NCBI GenBank assembly: GCA_963777505.1
Contig: CAVZQN010000003.1
Span: forward strand, 160,001-224,000
DNA: 64,000 bases
Source: an uncultured bacterium
Lineage (GTDB): Bacteria; Acidobacteriota; HRBIN11; JAKEFK01
Reading direction: 5' to 3'
Shown: one piece after another, positions 1 through 8,502 of the stretch
Layout: every line of letters begins with the position of its first letter
How positions within the stretch are numbered: position 1 is the first letter of the stretch
Program-made: the position numbers and the translations under genes
Notes under the pieces: model-generated
Databases searched by the model: none
What the model was told of the DNA's origin: nothing
What the model saw: only the letters and a program-made list of their open reading frames with translations

Positions 1-1707
1 AACCAAACTCTCAGGTAAATCTTCAGGCGAAATCGTAGATGAGCCTGTCATTACAACCGCTCTTTCAATTGCATTTTGCAGTTCACGTACATTGCCGGGC
101 CAATCATACGATTGCAAATAGGCTTTTGCTTCGGGACTCAAACTTTCTATTTTTTTCTTAAAGCGCGAACTGTATCGTGAAAGAAAATAATTCGAGAGCA
201 GGGGAATGTCTTCTTTGCGTTTTCTAAGCGGCGGGACCTCAATGTTTAAAACATTCAATCGATAGTAGAGATCCTGCCGGAATGTTCCTTTGGATGCTTC
301 TTCTTTCAAGTTTTTGTTTGTCGCAGCAAGAACACGAACATCAACCGGCACGGTGCGTGTTCCTCCGACGCGTTCAATTTCACGCTCTTGCAATGCTCTG
401 AGTAATTTGCTTTGAAGTCCAATAGCGATCTCCCCTACTTCATCCAGAAAAAGTGTTCCCGTGTTTGCGAGTTCAAACTTTCCTTTCTTTTGTCCGATGG
501 CGCCCGTAAACGCTCCTTTTTCATGTCCGAATAATTCGCTTTCTAAAAGTGTGTCTGTCAGTGCGGCGCAATTTACTGCAATAAACGGATTGGAAGCACG
601 CGGGCTGCTCAGGTGGATTGCTCTTGCGATCAATTCCTTTCCTGTTCCACTTTCACCTTCAATCAAGATTGTTGAATCAACAGGCGCTGTGCGCTTAATA
701 AATTCATAAACCTGATTCATAGCCGAACTCTCACCGATGAGGCATTTGTCAGGATCGGATTCTTCATGCAGACGAAGATTTTCATTTTCCAGCCGCTCAA
801 CATGCCGCGCATTCTCCATTGCTGTTGAAGCAATCGATGCAACTGCACTGACAAGCTGAAGGTGATTCTCATCGAACGGTTTTTCAGTATCCGTACTTTC
901 AAGATAAATCAAAGCTTTTTCAGATCCTGATTGTGGAAGTTGAACGCACAGAATTGATTGTACTTGTCGCGATGCAAGACTGCGTGCTTCGCCTAATTTA
1001 TCGCTTTGAGAGAGGTCATTGCTTAGAATGGCGGCACCGGATTTTAACACTTCGGAAATTACAGTACGGCTCACGGAAATACGAGCACTTTTATCGGCAG
1101 TACGATTATGTGTAAGGAATGAGGTGAAATCTGGCGAATTGTTTATTGTAGTCAGGAAGGCACCTTGAGTTGCTGGAACGGCATCAAAAAGCATTTCAAG
1201 AATCTTTTTTTGCAAATCCGCAGACTTATGAATTGCGTGAATTGAAGAACTGATGCGAAGCAGCACACTCAAATCGCGCGCCGCCCTGGATTCGCGTTGA
1301 ATCCGCCTAGTATTTTCAGGACTGAGATACAAAACATCTTCTGCTCGTAGCTGCACTGTAGATCGTTCTTCATCTGAAGTTTCAACAAGGATTGCATCAG
1401 GAGTACGTTGATCATCTTCTTCCGTGAGGAATAAGAAAATCGAATGCCCGATTTCAATTTCATTTCCATGTTCGAGGACCCTTTCTTTAATTGGAATTCG
1501 ATCTACAAACGTGCCGTTTAAGCTGTCAAGATCGGCAATTTTGAATTGTTCGTTTTCTTTGAATAAACGGCAATGGCGGCGGGAAAGAGACGTATCATGC
1601 ACCGAAATCTGAACGGACTGATCGCGTCCAATCACCATCTCTGGTTGGTCCAGCAGAATAGTCGTCCCTTTTAAAGGCCCATCAATAGCCAGAAGTCTTG
1701 GGTTCAT
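1..1707 (-). CDS. FHA-domain sigma54-dependent transcriptional activator (FHA + probable GAF + AAA+), 3' end runs off the window
   Basis: Missed by the ORF track because it is open at the edge. ATG at 1707 gives [29 protein letters not shown]...SLSRRHC...DLDSLNGT (FHA GR/SRxH/NGT motifs). Further on are GESGTGKE (Walker A), [18 protein letters not shown] and WPGNVREL. Confidence 0.9.
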   Translation of the reverse strand, partial: MNPRLLAIDGPLKGTTILLDQPEMVIGRDQSVQISVHDTSLSRRHCRLFKENEQFKIADLDSLNGTFVDRIPIKERVLEHGNEIEIGHSIFLFLTEEDDQRTPDAILVETSDEERSTVQLRAEDVLYLSPENTRRIQRESRAARDLSVLLRISSSIHAIHKSADLQKKILEMLFDAVPATQGAFLTTINNSPDFTSFLTHNRTADKSARISVSRTVISEVLKSGAAILSNDLSQSDKLGEARSLASRQVQSILCVQLPQSGSEKALIYLESTDTEKPFDENHLQLVSAVASIASTAMENARHVERLENENLRLHEESDPDKCLIGESSAMNQVYEFIKRTAPVDSTILIEGESGTGKELIARAIHLSSPRASNPFIAVNCAALTDTLLESELFGHEKGAFTGAIGQKKGKFELANTGTLFLDEVGEIAIGLQSKLLRALQEREIERVGGTRTVPVDVRVLAATNKNLKEEASKGTFRQDLYYRLNVLNIEVPPLRKRKEDIPLLSNYFLSRYSSRFKKKIESLSPEAKAYLQSYDWPGNVRELQNAIERAVVMTGSSTISPEDLPESLV

Positions 1708-1718
1708 ATTAAATATTT

Positions 1719-1749
1719 AACCACGAAAATACTTTGCGGCTTTGTGGTT
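1719..1749. repeat. Periodic inverted-repeat element (degenerate copy)
   Basis: aaccacgaaa...ctttgcggctttgtggtt. Confidence 0.6.
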
Positions 1750-1753
1750 TGAA

Positions 1754-3505
1754 TTAGCGGCTGCTGGGGAGTTCTAATTCAAGAGAGTGGACTTCCTGGA
1801 AATCGATCATCGAATCTTTTACCTGATCGGCAACCGGAAGATCGGAACAATATCGCAGAATCTGATTGTAATGATCCAGAGCCTTCTGATGCTCACCGAC
1901 AGCTTGATATAGTTTAGCTTGATGCAGCGTACTGGAAGCGAGTTTTGTCATTTGTTCACGCACAGGTTTTTCAAATTCGCTTGTAGGATACTTTCGCCGG
2001 AAATCATACCCATTCTGCAATTTCGTAAAGGATTCAGCGATCTCTTTCATTCTTTCAGCCGATGCATGTTGCAATACGGTGTCTTTCGAATCTTCTGCAA
2101 CCTTATAACAAGCGGTCAGATCATCCAGCGAAGGAATCATGTGAAGAAGGCTGGTGCGGCTTTGTTCCTTCCAGTTAGCGGCTTTTTCGTCCGAAATGAC
2201 TTCAAGATAAAGTCCAACGGCATCGGAATTCTTCTTTAGAATTCGATAGTTTTCTGCTAATCGGAATTTTACTTCCGGTATCCTGTCGCTTTCTGGAAAA
2301 TTACTCAAATAACGTTTGAGCATTTCTGTATCGAACATTTCTTTCTTCAAAACTTCTTCATATAAAGGAGCTGCTTCAGCCAGGTCCTTCTTAATCTGTT
2401 CCAGATTCATTTCGAGTTTTTTCCGGAGCTCTGCAGTTTCTTCGCTATCCTGAAGTTCAGAAATATTTTCATCATACATACGGATCATTTTTCCGTAATC
2501 CCGATTAAAAGGCTCTTTTTCGCGTTGTTTCATTTCCTCATCGCGAACAAATGACCATCGAAGCTCATCGGCTGTTTTGCCTTGACCATATGCATTCAAA
2601 GCCATCTGTCGAAGTGCCTTTTTTTCTTCCTCTTCTTTTCGTTTTGATACCAATTGGACGAAAGTGTCTTGTGTTTTTACACGATACTCGGTGGCATCGG
2701 GTGGATTCTTTGAAGCTCCGAAAGTGGCCTGCAAGCTTCGAGCAACTTCCATTCGATCATCTAAATAAGGATGGGTTCGCCAATATCCATAGCCTGGAGC
2801 TTCATAGATACGCTTTCGCATTTTGTCGAAAAGTTGGCCAGTACCTTCAGGCGAAAATCCGGCACGCGAAGCCGCAATCATGCCTTCATGATCCGCTTCC
2901 AATTCAAGTTCTCTGCTAAACCCGCGTAACAACATCTCCTGAAAGATCATTCCAAAAGCGGCACTTCCCTGAAGTACTTCTGATTTCTTGGAACGGCGTT
3001 CATAGCCAGTGACCGGATCATAATACGAACCATCATCTTTTAGACCGAATGCAATCCCGATCACAAGAGCTTGATAGAGCAGGTTCATGATTGTCTGACG
3101 TTTGCTCATTTTGCGGCTATGTTCATTGCGGACATGTGTAATTTCATGCCCCAGAAGAGCCGCAAGCTCATCATCAGTCAGATCTAGATCCAGCATCCCT
3201 GTTGTAACAAAAATGAACCCGCCTGGAAGTGCAAAAGCATTCGGCTCTTCCATTTTTACAACGCGGAATGAATAGTTTGTCGCGTTTGGATCGGATCTTT
3301 GAGCTACGCGGTACCCAATCTCGTTGACTCGTCGAACTTTTTCCTGGTCCTCTTCTGCACCGAGTTCCTTGATGATTTCAATAGCTACCTTGAATCCCTT
3401 ATCAAAATCCTTGGGAGTCTCTACCTTTGGAGCAGGGGGTTCATCAGCATATAAATGCGGAACTGCAATGCAGAGCGCCAGAACAAATACAAGAATCGTT
3501 TTCAT
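1754..3505 (-). CDS. M48-family Zn metallopeptidase with signal peptide and C-terminal TPR-like helical region
   Basis: N-terminal signal peptide, PNAFALPGG, HEITH (HExxH), FSRELELEAD, THP motif. Confidence 0.85.
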   Translation of the reverse strand: MKTILVFVLALCIAVPHLYADEPPAPKVETPKDFDKGFKVAIEIIKELGAEEDQEKVRRVNEIGYRVAQRSDPNATNYSFRVVKMEEPNAFALPGGFIFVTTGMLDLDLTDDELAALLGHEITHVRNEHSRKMSKRQTIMNLLYQALVIGIAFGLKDDGSYYDPVTGYERRSKKSEVLQGSAAFGMIFQEMLLRGFSRELELEADHEGMIAASRAGFSPEGTGQLFDKMRKRIYEAPGYGYWRTHPYLDDRMEVARSLQATFGASKNPPDATEYRVKTQDTFVQLVSKRKEEEEKKALRQMALNAYGQGKTADELRWSFVRDEEMKQREKEPFNRDYGKMIRMYDENISELQDSEETAELRKKLEMNLEQIKKDLAEAAPLYEEVLKKEMFDTEMLKRYLSNFPESDRIPEVKFRLAENYRILKKNSDAVGLYLEVISDEKAANWKEQSRTSLLHMIPSLDDLTACYKVAEDSKDTVLQHASAERMKEIAESFTKLQNGYDFRRKYPTSEFEKPVREQMTKLASSTLHQAKLYQAVGEHQKALDHYNQILRYCSDLPVADQVKDSMIDFQEVHSLELELPSSR

Positions 3506-3640
3506 ACGCCCACAATAATATAAACCTATTGATTAGACTTCTCCATCTTACTTTATGGCGATGGTTTTAGCGATTTATGGAAGCTCGGCGACAAAGTTGA
3601 GATTTTGATGGTACAATAAGACGACAAAAAGCCTGAGGAA

Positions 3641-4438
3641 ATGCGAGCGGCAGCTCTTTCAGATGTTGGATTAATCCGAAGCAAGAATGAAGATGCATTC
3701 TGGTGCGATCCAGATCGTGGCATCTTTATTATTGCCGACGGTATCGGCAGCCAATTAGCCGGAGAAGTAGCTTCAGAAGCTGCAGTCGATGTTATTTCAA
3801 CTGAACTTACACTTGCCGTAGATCTCGGCCTTAAAGAACACGAATTAACTGACACTATATTTGATTCGTTCCGTGAAGCAGCTGAAGAGATTTACAAACG
3901 TTCTCAGGAATCTGAAGAATTAGCAGGTATTGCCTGTTCGGCCATAGCAGCAGTCTTTCAAAATGGAAATTTTCTCGTAGCTCATGCAGGTGATTCCAGA
4001 GCTTATCTTTTCAGTGAGAATAGTCTGCATCAAATGACAGTCGATGATACACCGGTAGCTGTACTGGTAAAGCGTGGTTATTTGCTGCCTGAAAAGGCAC
4101 GTTCTCATCATTTAAAAAATGTTTTAACAAAATCGATTGGGAGTAAACCGACCGTCGAAGCGAATCTGACCCGTTTTCCTGTAAAGGTTGAGGAAAAGAT
4201 TTTACTCTGTAGTGATGGATTGTGGGCTATGCTTTCAATGGAGGAAATGAACGACATTTTTCGTGCAAATCCCAATCCGGATGATGCGTGTCGTGAATTA
4301 ATTGCGGCTGCTCGCGCGCACGGAGGACAGGACAATATCACTGCAATTATTGTTCAAATGGATGAGGATAAACCGCGTCCTCTGATTGAGTCGGCAGAAG
4401 AGGATAATCACCGCTATTCGTTCGAAACTGAAATCTAA
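3641..4438 (+). CDS. PP2C/PPM-family Ser/Thr protein phosphatase (Stp1/PrpC-like)
   Basis: SDVGLIRSKNED, IADGIG, HAGDSRAY, LLCSDGL, GGQDNIT motifs. Confidence 0.92.
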   Translation: MRAAALSDVGLIRSKNEDAFWCDPDRGIFIIADGIGSQLAGEVASEAAVDVISTELTLAVDLGLKEHELTDTIFDSFREAAEEIYKRSQESEELAGIACSAIAAVFQNGNFLVAHAGDSRAYLFSENSLHQMTVDDTPVAVLVKRGYLLPEKARSHHLKNVLTKSIGSKPTVEANLTRFPVKVEEKILLCSDGLWAMLSMEEMNDIFRANPNPDDACRELIAAARAHGGQDNITAIIVQMDEDKPRPLIESAEEDNHRYSFETEI

Positions 4439-4458
4439 CTCTAACGGAGACATTTGTT

Positions 4459-5040
4459 ATGGCAAAGAAAAAATCGAAATCCAAGAAAGCGCCGGCAAAA
4501 AAATCGAAGAAAATTGCAAAGCGTGCGGCTCCAAAAAAGAGTACAACTCCAAAAAAGAGTGTGCGCCAATCTAAACCTCAATCTGCAGATGGGTCACGGC
4601 CCAGGTGGATTTCAGCCGGTTCAAATCCGGTTAGTGCCCTTTTAATTGTGCGTGATGTAGAGGCTGCTCTCGATTTTTGTCAAACCGTTTTCGGATTCAA
4701 GGTTCGAGGCATCATGAAAGATCGTAATGGTTCAATCCTGCATGCTGAGATGACATATCGCGAGTCGTTAATCATGTTCAATCCTGAAAATGAGAATCGG
4801 GGTGCGATTGCACCGCAGACCAGCAGTCCGGTAACTCTGTATGTTTATGTTGCAGATGTTGATGCAGTTGCTGATCTTGCGAGACTGAATGGTGGAAATA
4901 TTGCACAACCTCCAACAGATATGTTCTGGGGAGATCGATGTTCATTGATCGTCGATCCGGATGGTCACAACTGGATGATCGCAACTCATACGAAAGATAT
5001 CGCTATGAAGGACATGAAGATTCCACAAGCTGTGAATTAA
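4459..5040 (+). CDS. VOC/glyoxalase (PhnB-like) protein with Lys/Ala-rich N-terminal tail
   Basis: ILHAEM, LYVYVADVD, DMFWGDR, DPDGHNW; first ~40 aa MAKKKSKSKKAPAKKSKK; GGAG RBS. Confidence 0.85.
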   Translation: MAKKKSKSKKAPAKKSKKIAKRAAPKKSTTPKKSVRQSKPQSADGSRPRWISAGSNPVSALLIVRDVEAALDFCQTVFGFKVRGIMKDRNGSILHAEMTYRESLIMFNPENENRGAIAPQTSSPVTLYVYVADVDAVADLARLNGGNIAQPPTDMFWGDRCSLIVDPDGHNWMIATHTKDIAMKDMKIPQAVN

Positions 5041-5064
5041 CCACAGACCTCTTTTGAGGCGTAT

Positions 5065-5095
5065 GCAGGGGAGCAGAGGTGCGGGGAGCAGGGGA
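5065..5095 (+). repeat. Short tandem repeat, 4 x GCAG(G/A)GG(A/T)-like units
   Basis: gcagggga gcagaggt gcgggga gcagggga, intergenic. Confidence 0.7.
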
Positions 5096-5112
5096 GAAGT
5101 ACTGGAGAATGA

Positions 5113-6678
5113 TTGCCGACTGACGCACCGAAAAAGACTTCCAATCTAAAAAGTCTTCTCCAGGCTTTACGTTCATGGCGTACAGCGTCTGTCACGTTAC
5201 TTTCCTTTTCATCCGGACTGCCTTTGGGACTCGTTTGGATTTCAATTCCAGATTGGCTCCGGAGCAATGGCGTAGATATTCGGGTTGTCGGATTGATGAC
5301 GCTGGCACAAGCGCCATGGACCTTTAAATTCCTTTGGTCTCCATTAATGGATCGCTATGTTCCACCGTGGCTTGGAAGGCGGCGTGGCTGGGCTGCAATA
5401 TCGCAGATCGTTTTATTTGTCCTGATGCTTGTTCTTGCGGGCGTGGGAGGAAATCCAGACACTCCGTGGGTGATTGGAGCACTCGCATTAGCGATCGCAT
5501 TCGCTTCAGCTACTCAGGATGTGGCAATCGACGCATACACGGTCGATGTTTTGCGTCCCGAAGAACAAGGCGTGGCAGTCGGTGCACGTATCGCTATGTA
5601 CCGCGCAGCGATGTATGTAGCAGGTGGACTCACAATCACACTGGGTGCATTAATCTCATGGAAACTTGTTGTTGGTGGATTGGCTCTTCTTTATCTGCCT
5701 TTGCTTCTGGTAACGATTAAAGCGCCAGAACCAGACGTAAAGCAAAAACCTCCTGCAACTCTAAGAGATGCAGTATGGCTTCCATTTCTTGGATTTTTAT
5801 CGCGGCATCGTGCGCTTGAAATTCTTGCTTTCGTTGTGTTTTACAAATTTGCAGATAATCTTGCGACCGCACTGCTGAGACCCTTTTTAATCGATATGGG
5901 TTACAACGAAATTCATCGCGGTGTTGGATTAACAACAGTTGGACTGTTTACAACTCTAGGCGGTGCATTTTTGGGTGGTTCATTAACTACGATTCTTGGA
6001 CTGGGTCATTCATTATGGCTTTTCGGACTCATTCAAATCGTTTCCAACATTGGATACATTTTTGTTGCAAACTCTGAATTAAATGTACCGCTGATGTATT
6101 CCGCAATGGGATTTGAAAGTTTTACTCAAGGTCTTGGGACCGGAGCTTTTTCGGTGCTCTTAATCCGAATGACTCAAAAACGATTTTCCGCAACACAATA
6201 TGCTCTCTTTTCAAGTCTTTTCAGTTTGCCGAGGGTCGTTGCAGGACCCATCAGTGGCGTCTTAGTAGATGCTGCAGGATGGAATGCATTTTTTTGGCTT
6301 ACAATGATTTTGGGAATTCCGGGATTATTTCTTTTGTCCCGTTTTGTTCCAATAGGTGTGAAAGAGCCTGAATTTGTAGTTGAAAAGTTAGAACGCAAAC
6401 CGTTGAGCCGTTTTGCGTTGTTGGTACGCGGAATTATCGGAACAATCCTGGGATTCATTTTTGCCACATCTTTGATGGCTGTACTTGCTGCAATCAAAAT
6501 CATGCGCGCCAAACCGGAAATTGGTTTCGATGTGAAGACGCAATTTTTCAAGATCCTTGCTCCCGCAGATCAGGGCGGATGGATCACTCTATTTGGAATT
6601 TTAGTTTTTGCAGTAGTTATCGGATTGTTCACCGCAGCAGTAGCCGCCGCGCGCTCCGGCAACTTCCAGGAAGAATAA
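5113..6678 (+). CDS. ampG: AmpG-family muropeptide MFS permease
   Basis: SSGLPL, KFLWSPLMDR, ASATQDVAIDAY, FSATQYALFSS; TTG start with GGAG upstream. Confidence 0.85.
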   Translation: MPTDAPKKTSNLKSLLQALRSWRTASVTLLSFSSGLPLGLVWISIPDWLRSNGVDIRVVGLMTLAQAPWTFKFLWSPLMDRYVPPWLGRRRGWAAISQIVLFVLMLVLAGVGGNPDTPWVIGALALAIAFASATQDVAIDAYTVDVLRPEEQGVAVGARIAMYRAAMYVAGGLTITLGALISWKLVVGGLALLYLPLLLVTIKAPEPDVKQKPPATLRDAVWLPFLGFLSRHRALEILAFVVFYKFADNLATALLRPFLIDMGYNEIHRGVGLTTVGLFTTLGGAFLGGSLTTILGLGHSLWLFGLIQIVSNIGYIFVANSELNVPLMYSAMGFESFTQGLGTGAFSVLLIRMTQKRFSATQYALFSSLFSLPRVVAGPISGVLVDAAGWNAFFWLTMILGIPGLFLLSRFVPIGVKEPEFVVEKLERKPLSRFALLVRGIIGTILGFIFATSLMAVLAAIKIMRAKPEIGFDVKTQFFKILAPADQGGWITLFGILVFAVVIGLFTAAVAAARSGNFQEE

Positions 6679-7581
6679 TTACGGCTTGGCGTCCTGGCGA
6701 CTTGGCGGTTGAGTTGCTTTCCTCATTTCATCATCAAGGCAGGAAATAACTTCTTCCAATGGCGTCCTTTTTTCAATCGTACAACTGACAGCGATTCCAC
6801 GTAAGCTGAATTTTTTCTTCTTCACAAAAATTAATGAAGAAATGATTTCTTGAATTCGCACAACCGCAGTACGGGCACCAATTTCGGGAGTTTCAGGAAG
6901 AAGAAGAATAAAAGAATTGCTCTGGTATCGTCCCAATAAATCCGATTCCCGAATTGCCTGGCTGATTGCCTCACCAATACTTTTCAAGACTTCATTTCCG
7001 AACAACAACCCATATCTCATGTTGACCATGTTGAAGTCTTCGATATCCACACGCAAAAGAGAAAACGGACGACTAACGCGTTCAACACGTTTTAATTCTT
7101 CTGAGATTCGGCTCTCCATGTACTTCCAGTTATAACAATCTGAAGCTGAATCCAGAATCGATTGGCTGCGATAATCTCCCAGAAGTTGTTCATAGGCACG
7201 TTTACTTTCAATACTTGTGCGAAGAATTTCACGCAGCTCATCAAGCTCAAATGGTTTTGGAACGACAATATCGGCGCCGGATCGATAACAGCGAATCCGT
7301 GATTCTTTGTCATCTCGCGCAGTCAGAACAATGATTCGAGTAAAGCGAAGTTCAGGATCCCTTTTGAAAAATTCACAAACATCATAGCCATCAATTTCAG
7401 GCATCATAATATCAAGCAGCATTACATCAGGTAAGAATTGTCGCGCAAGATATAGAACGTCTTTGGGAGAGTTGAAGGCTCCGACTCTGTATCCTTCGTT
7501 TTCAAGGATGTCAGTCAGCAATTCTGTTACTGTTGGATCATCGTCCAGAATCAGAATTTTTGGCTCTGAAATCTGTTGCAT
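6679..7581 (-). CDS. Response regulator with degenerate GGDEF domain
   Basis: REC domain (ILILDDD, LLDIMMPEIDG, KPF). GGDEF fold with the A-site replaced by QSNSF. Start moved to MQQISEP at 7581. Confidence 0.85.
   Translation of the reverse strand: MQQISEPKILILDDDPTVTELLTDILENEGYRVGAFNSPKDVLYLARQFLPDVMLLDIMMPEIDGYDVCEFFKRDPELRFTRIIVLTARDDKESRIRCYRSGADIVVPKPFELDELREILRTSIESKRAYEQLLGDYRSQSILDSASDCYNWKYMESRISEELKRVERVSRPFSLLRVDIEDFNMVNMRYGLLFGNEVLKSIGEAISQAIRESDLLGRYQSNSFILLLPETPEIGARTAVVRIQEIISSLIFVKKKKFSLRGIAVSCTIEKRTPLEEVISCLDDEMRKATQPPSRQDAKP
6685..6710. repeat. Periodic repeat element arm inside gene 3' end
   Basis: cttggcgt cctggcga cttggcgg tt (8-nt period). Confidence 0.65.
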
Positions 7582-7748
7582 TTCTTTATTTTTTATTCTA
7601 ATACATTTTATATGTGAGTTAAAACGCTTGACCCTTACCAGGGAATTGACTAGCATAAGGGTTACACGCCTTAGTGAGCTGCTAATAAATCCGCTATCCT
7701 CTTAAAAGCGGGTGGGGGAACTGTAAACGAAATCCTACAGGAAGGATT

Positions 7749-8174
7749 ATGGAAAGAAAGTATAAGCAAAAGGGCTACATGGAGGACTCTTCCGACGCCG
7801 GCAAAAAAGAAAGTTCAAGAAGACCGGAAAAGGAGAAAGGGATTCGACACTACGGCATGCGAAATGGCGGAACTGCGCGAAGCGGGATCCGTTGTGCTCG
7901 CTGCGGTAAGACAATGAATCTCATGGGTGAAGTTGCATTAGATGCAAAATGTGAAAGTTGTACAAACGATTTTCACACTTGCACAAATTGCGCTTTCTTT
8001 AGCACAAGTTCGCGTTGGGAATGTTCAAAACCAATCCTAGCTCGAGTTGCGCCAAAAGATATTCGGAATGATTGCACGTTCTTTAGCCCTGCAGTGTTTG
8101 TGGAGCGTACATTTGAATCAAATGCTACACCACAAGATGCACGCAGAGCCTTTGACGCCCTCTTTAAAAAATAG
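7749..8174 (+). CDS. Hypothetical Cys-rich (putative Zn/Fe-S binding) protein
   Basis: 8 Cys: CARC, CESC, HTCTNC, plus two single Cys; AAGGA RBS. Confidence 0.7.
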   Translation: MERKYKQKGYMEDSSDAGKKESSRRPEKEKGIRHYGMRNGGTARSGIRCARCGKTMNLMGEVALDAKCESCTNDFHTCTNCAFFSTSSRWECSKPILARVAPKDIRNDCTFFSPAVFVERTFESNATPQDARRAFDALFKK

Positions 8175-8180
8175 AACGTA

Positions 8181-8199
8181 CTTTGCATCTTTGCGGTTA
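8181..8199. repeat. Periodic repeat element arm
   Basis: ctttgcat ctttgcgg tta. Confidence 0.55.
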
Positions 8200-8473
8200 G
8201 AGCTTCTGCTTTGCTGCAATAAGTATCTTCATTTTGTCCATTTGAAATTTCTACATCCTGGCCATTCTTACTCCCAAGCTGTTGGATCTTCTTCCTTCCA
8301 TCGAATCTTGGTCGGAGATTCAGTTGGCAAAGAGGTAAGCAATTTTGTCAAACGTGCAGATACCCTAATTCCAGTTGCGATCTGCGAAGTGATTTGTCCA
8401 TTTTTGAAATTTTTACATCCCAAAAGCGAGCATTTTTCAACGCCTCAGATGTTTGAGCTCGACGCTAAATGGA

Positions 8474-8489
8474 TGGCAAACGATTTGCA
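8474..8489 (+). promoter_or_regulatory. sigma54 -24/-12 promoter
   Basis: TGGCAAACGATTTGCA, exact GG-N10-GC spacing, just upstream of ATG 8503. Confidence 0.65.
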
Positions 8490-8502
8490 ACGGTAACTGA
8501 AC

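Noticed and set aside
461-1612. Short ORFs in the track (461-709, 717-902, 933-1115, 1269-1469, 1424-1612)
   Set aside because: They are shadows of the long minus-strand FHA/sigma54 activator gene that runs off the window.
6350-6678. Two extra C-terminal TM helices on AmpG
   Set aside because: Longer AmpG variants with additional helices are known, so this is not unusual.
7690-7742. Hairpins upstream of the Cys-rich gene as a c-di-GMP riboswitch
   Set aside because: The conserved GEMM sequence elements are not recognisable; an Infernal/Rfam scan would be needed.
8047-8496. 149-aa plus-strand ORF
   Set aside because: It overlaps the previous gene, crosses a repeat arm and the promoter, and has no recognisable protein features.
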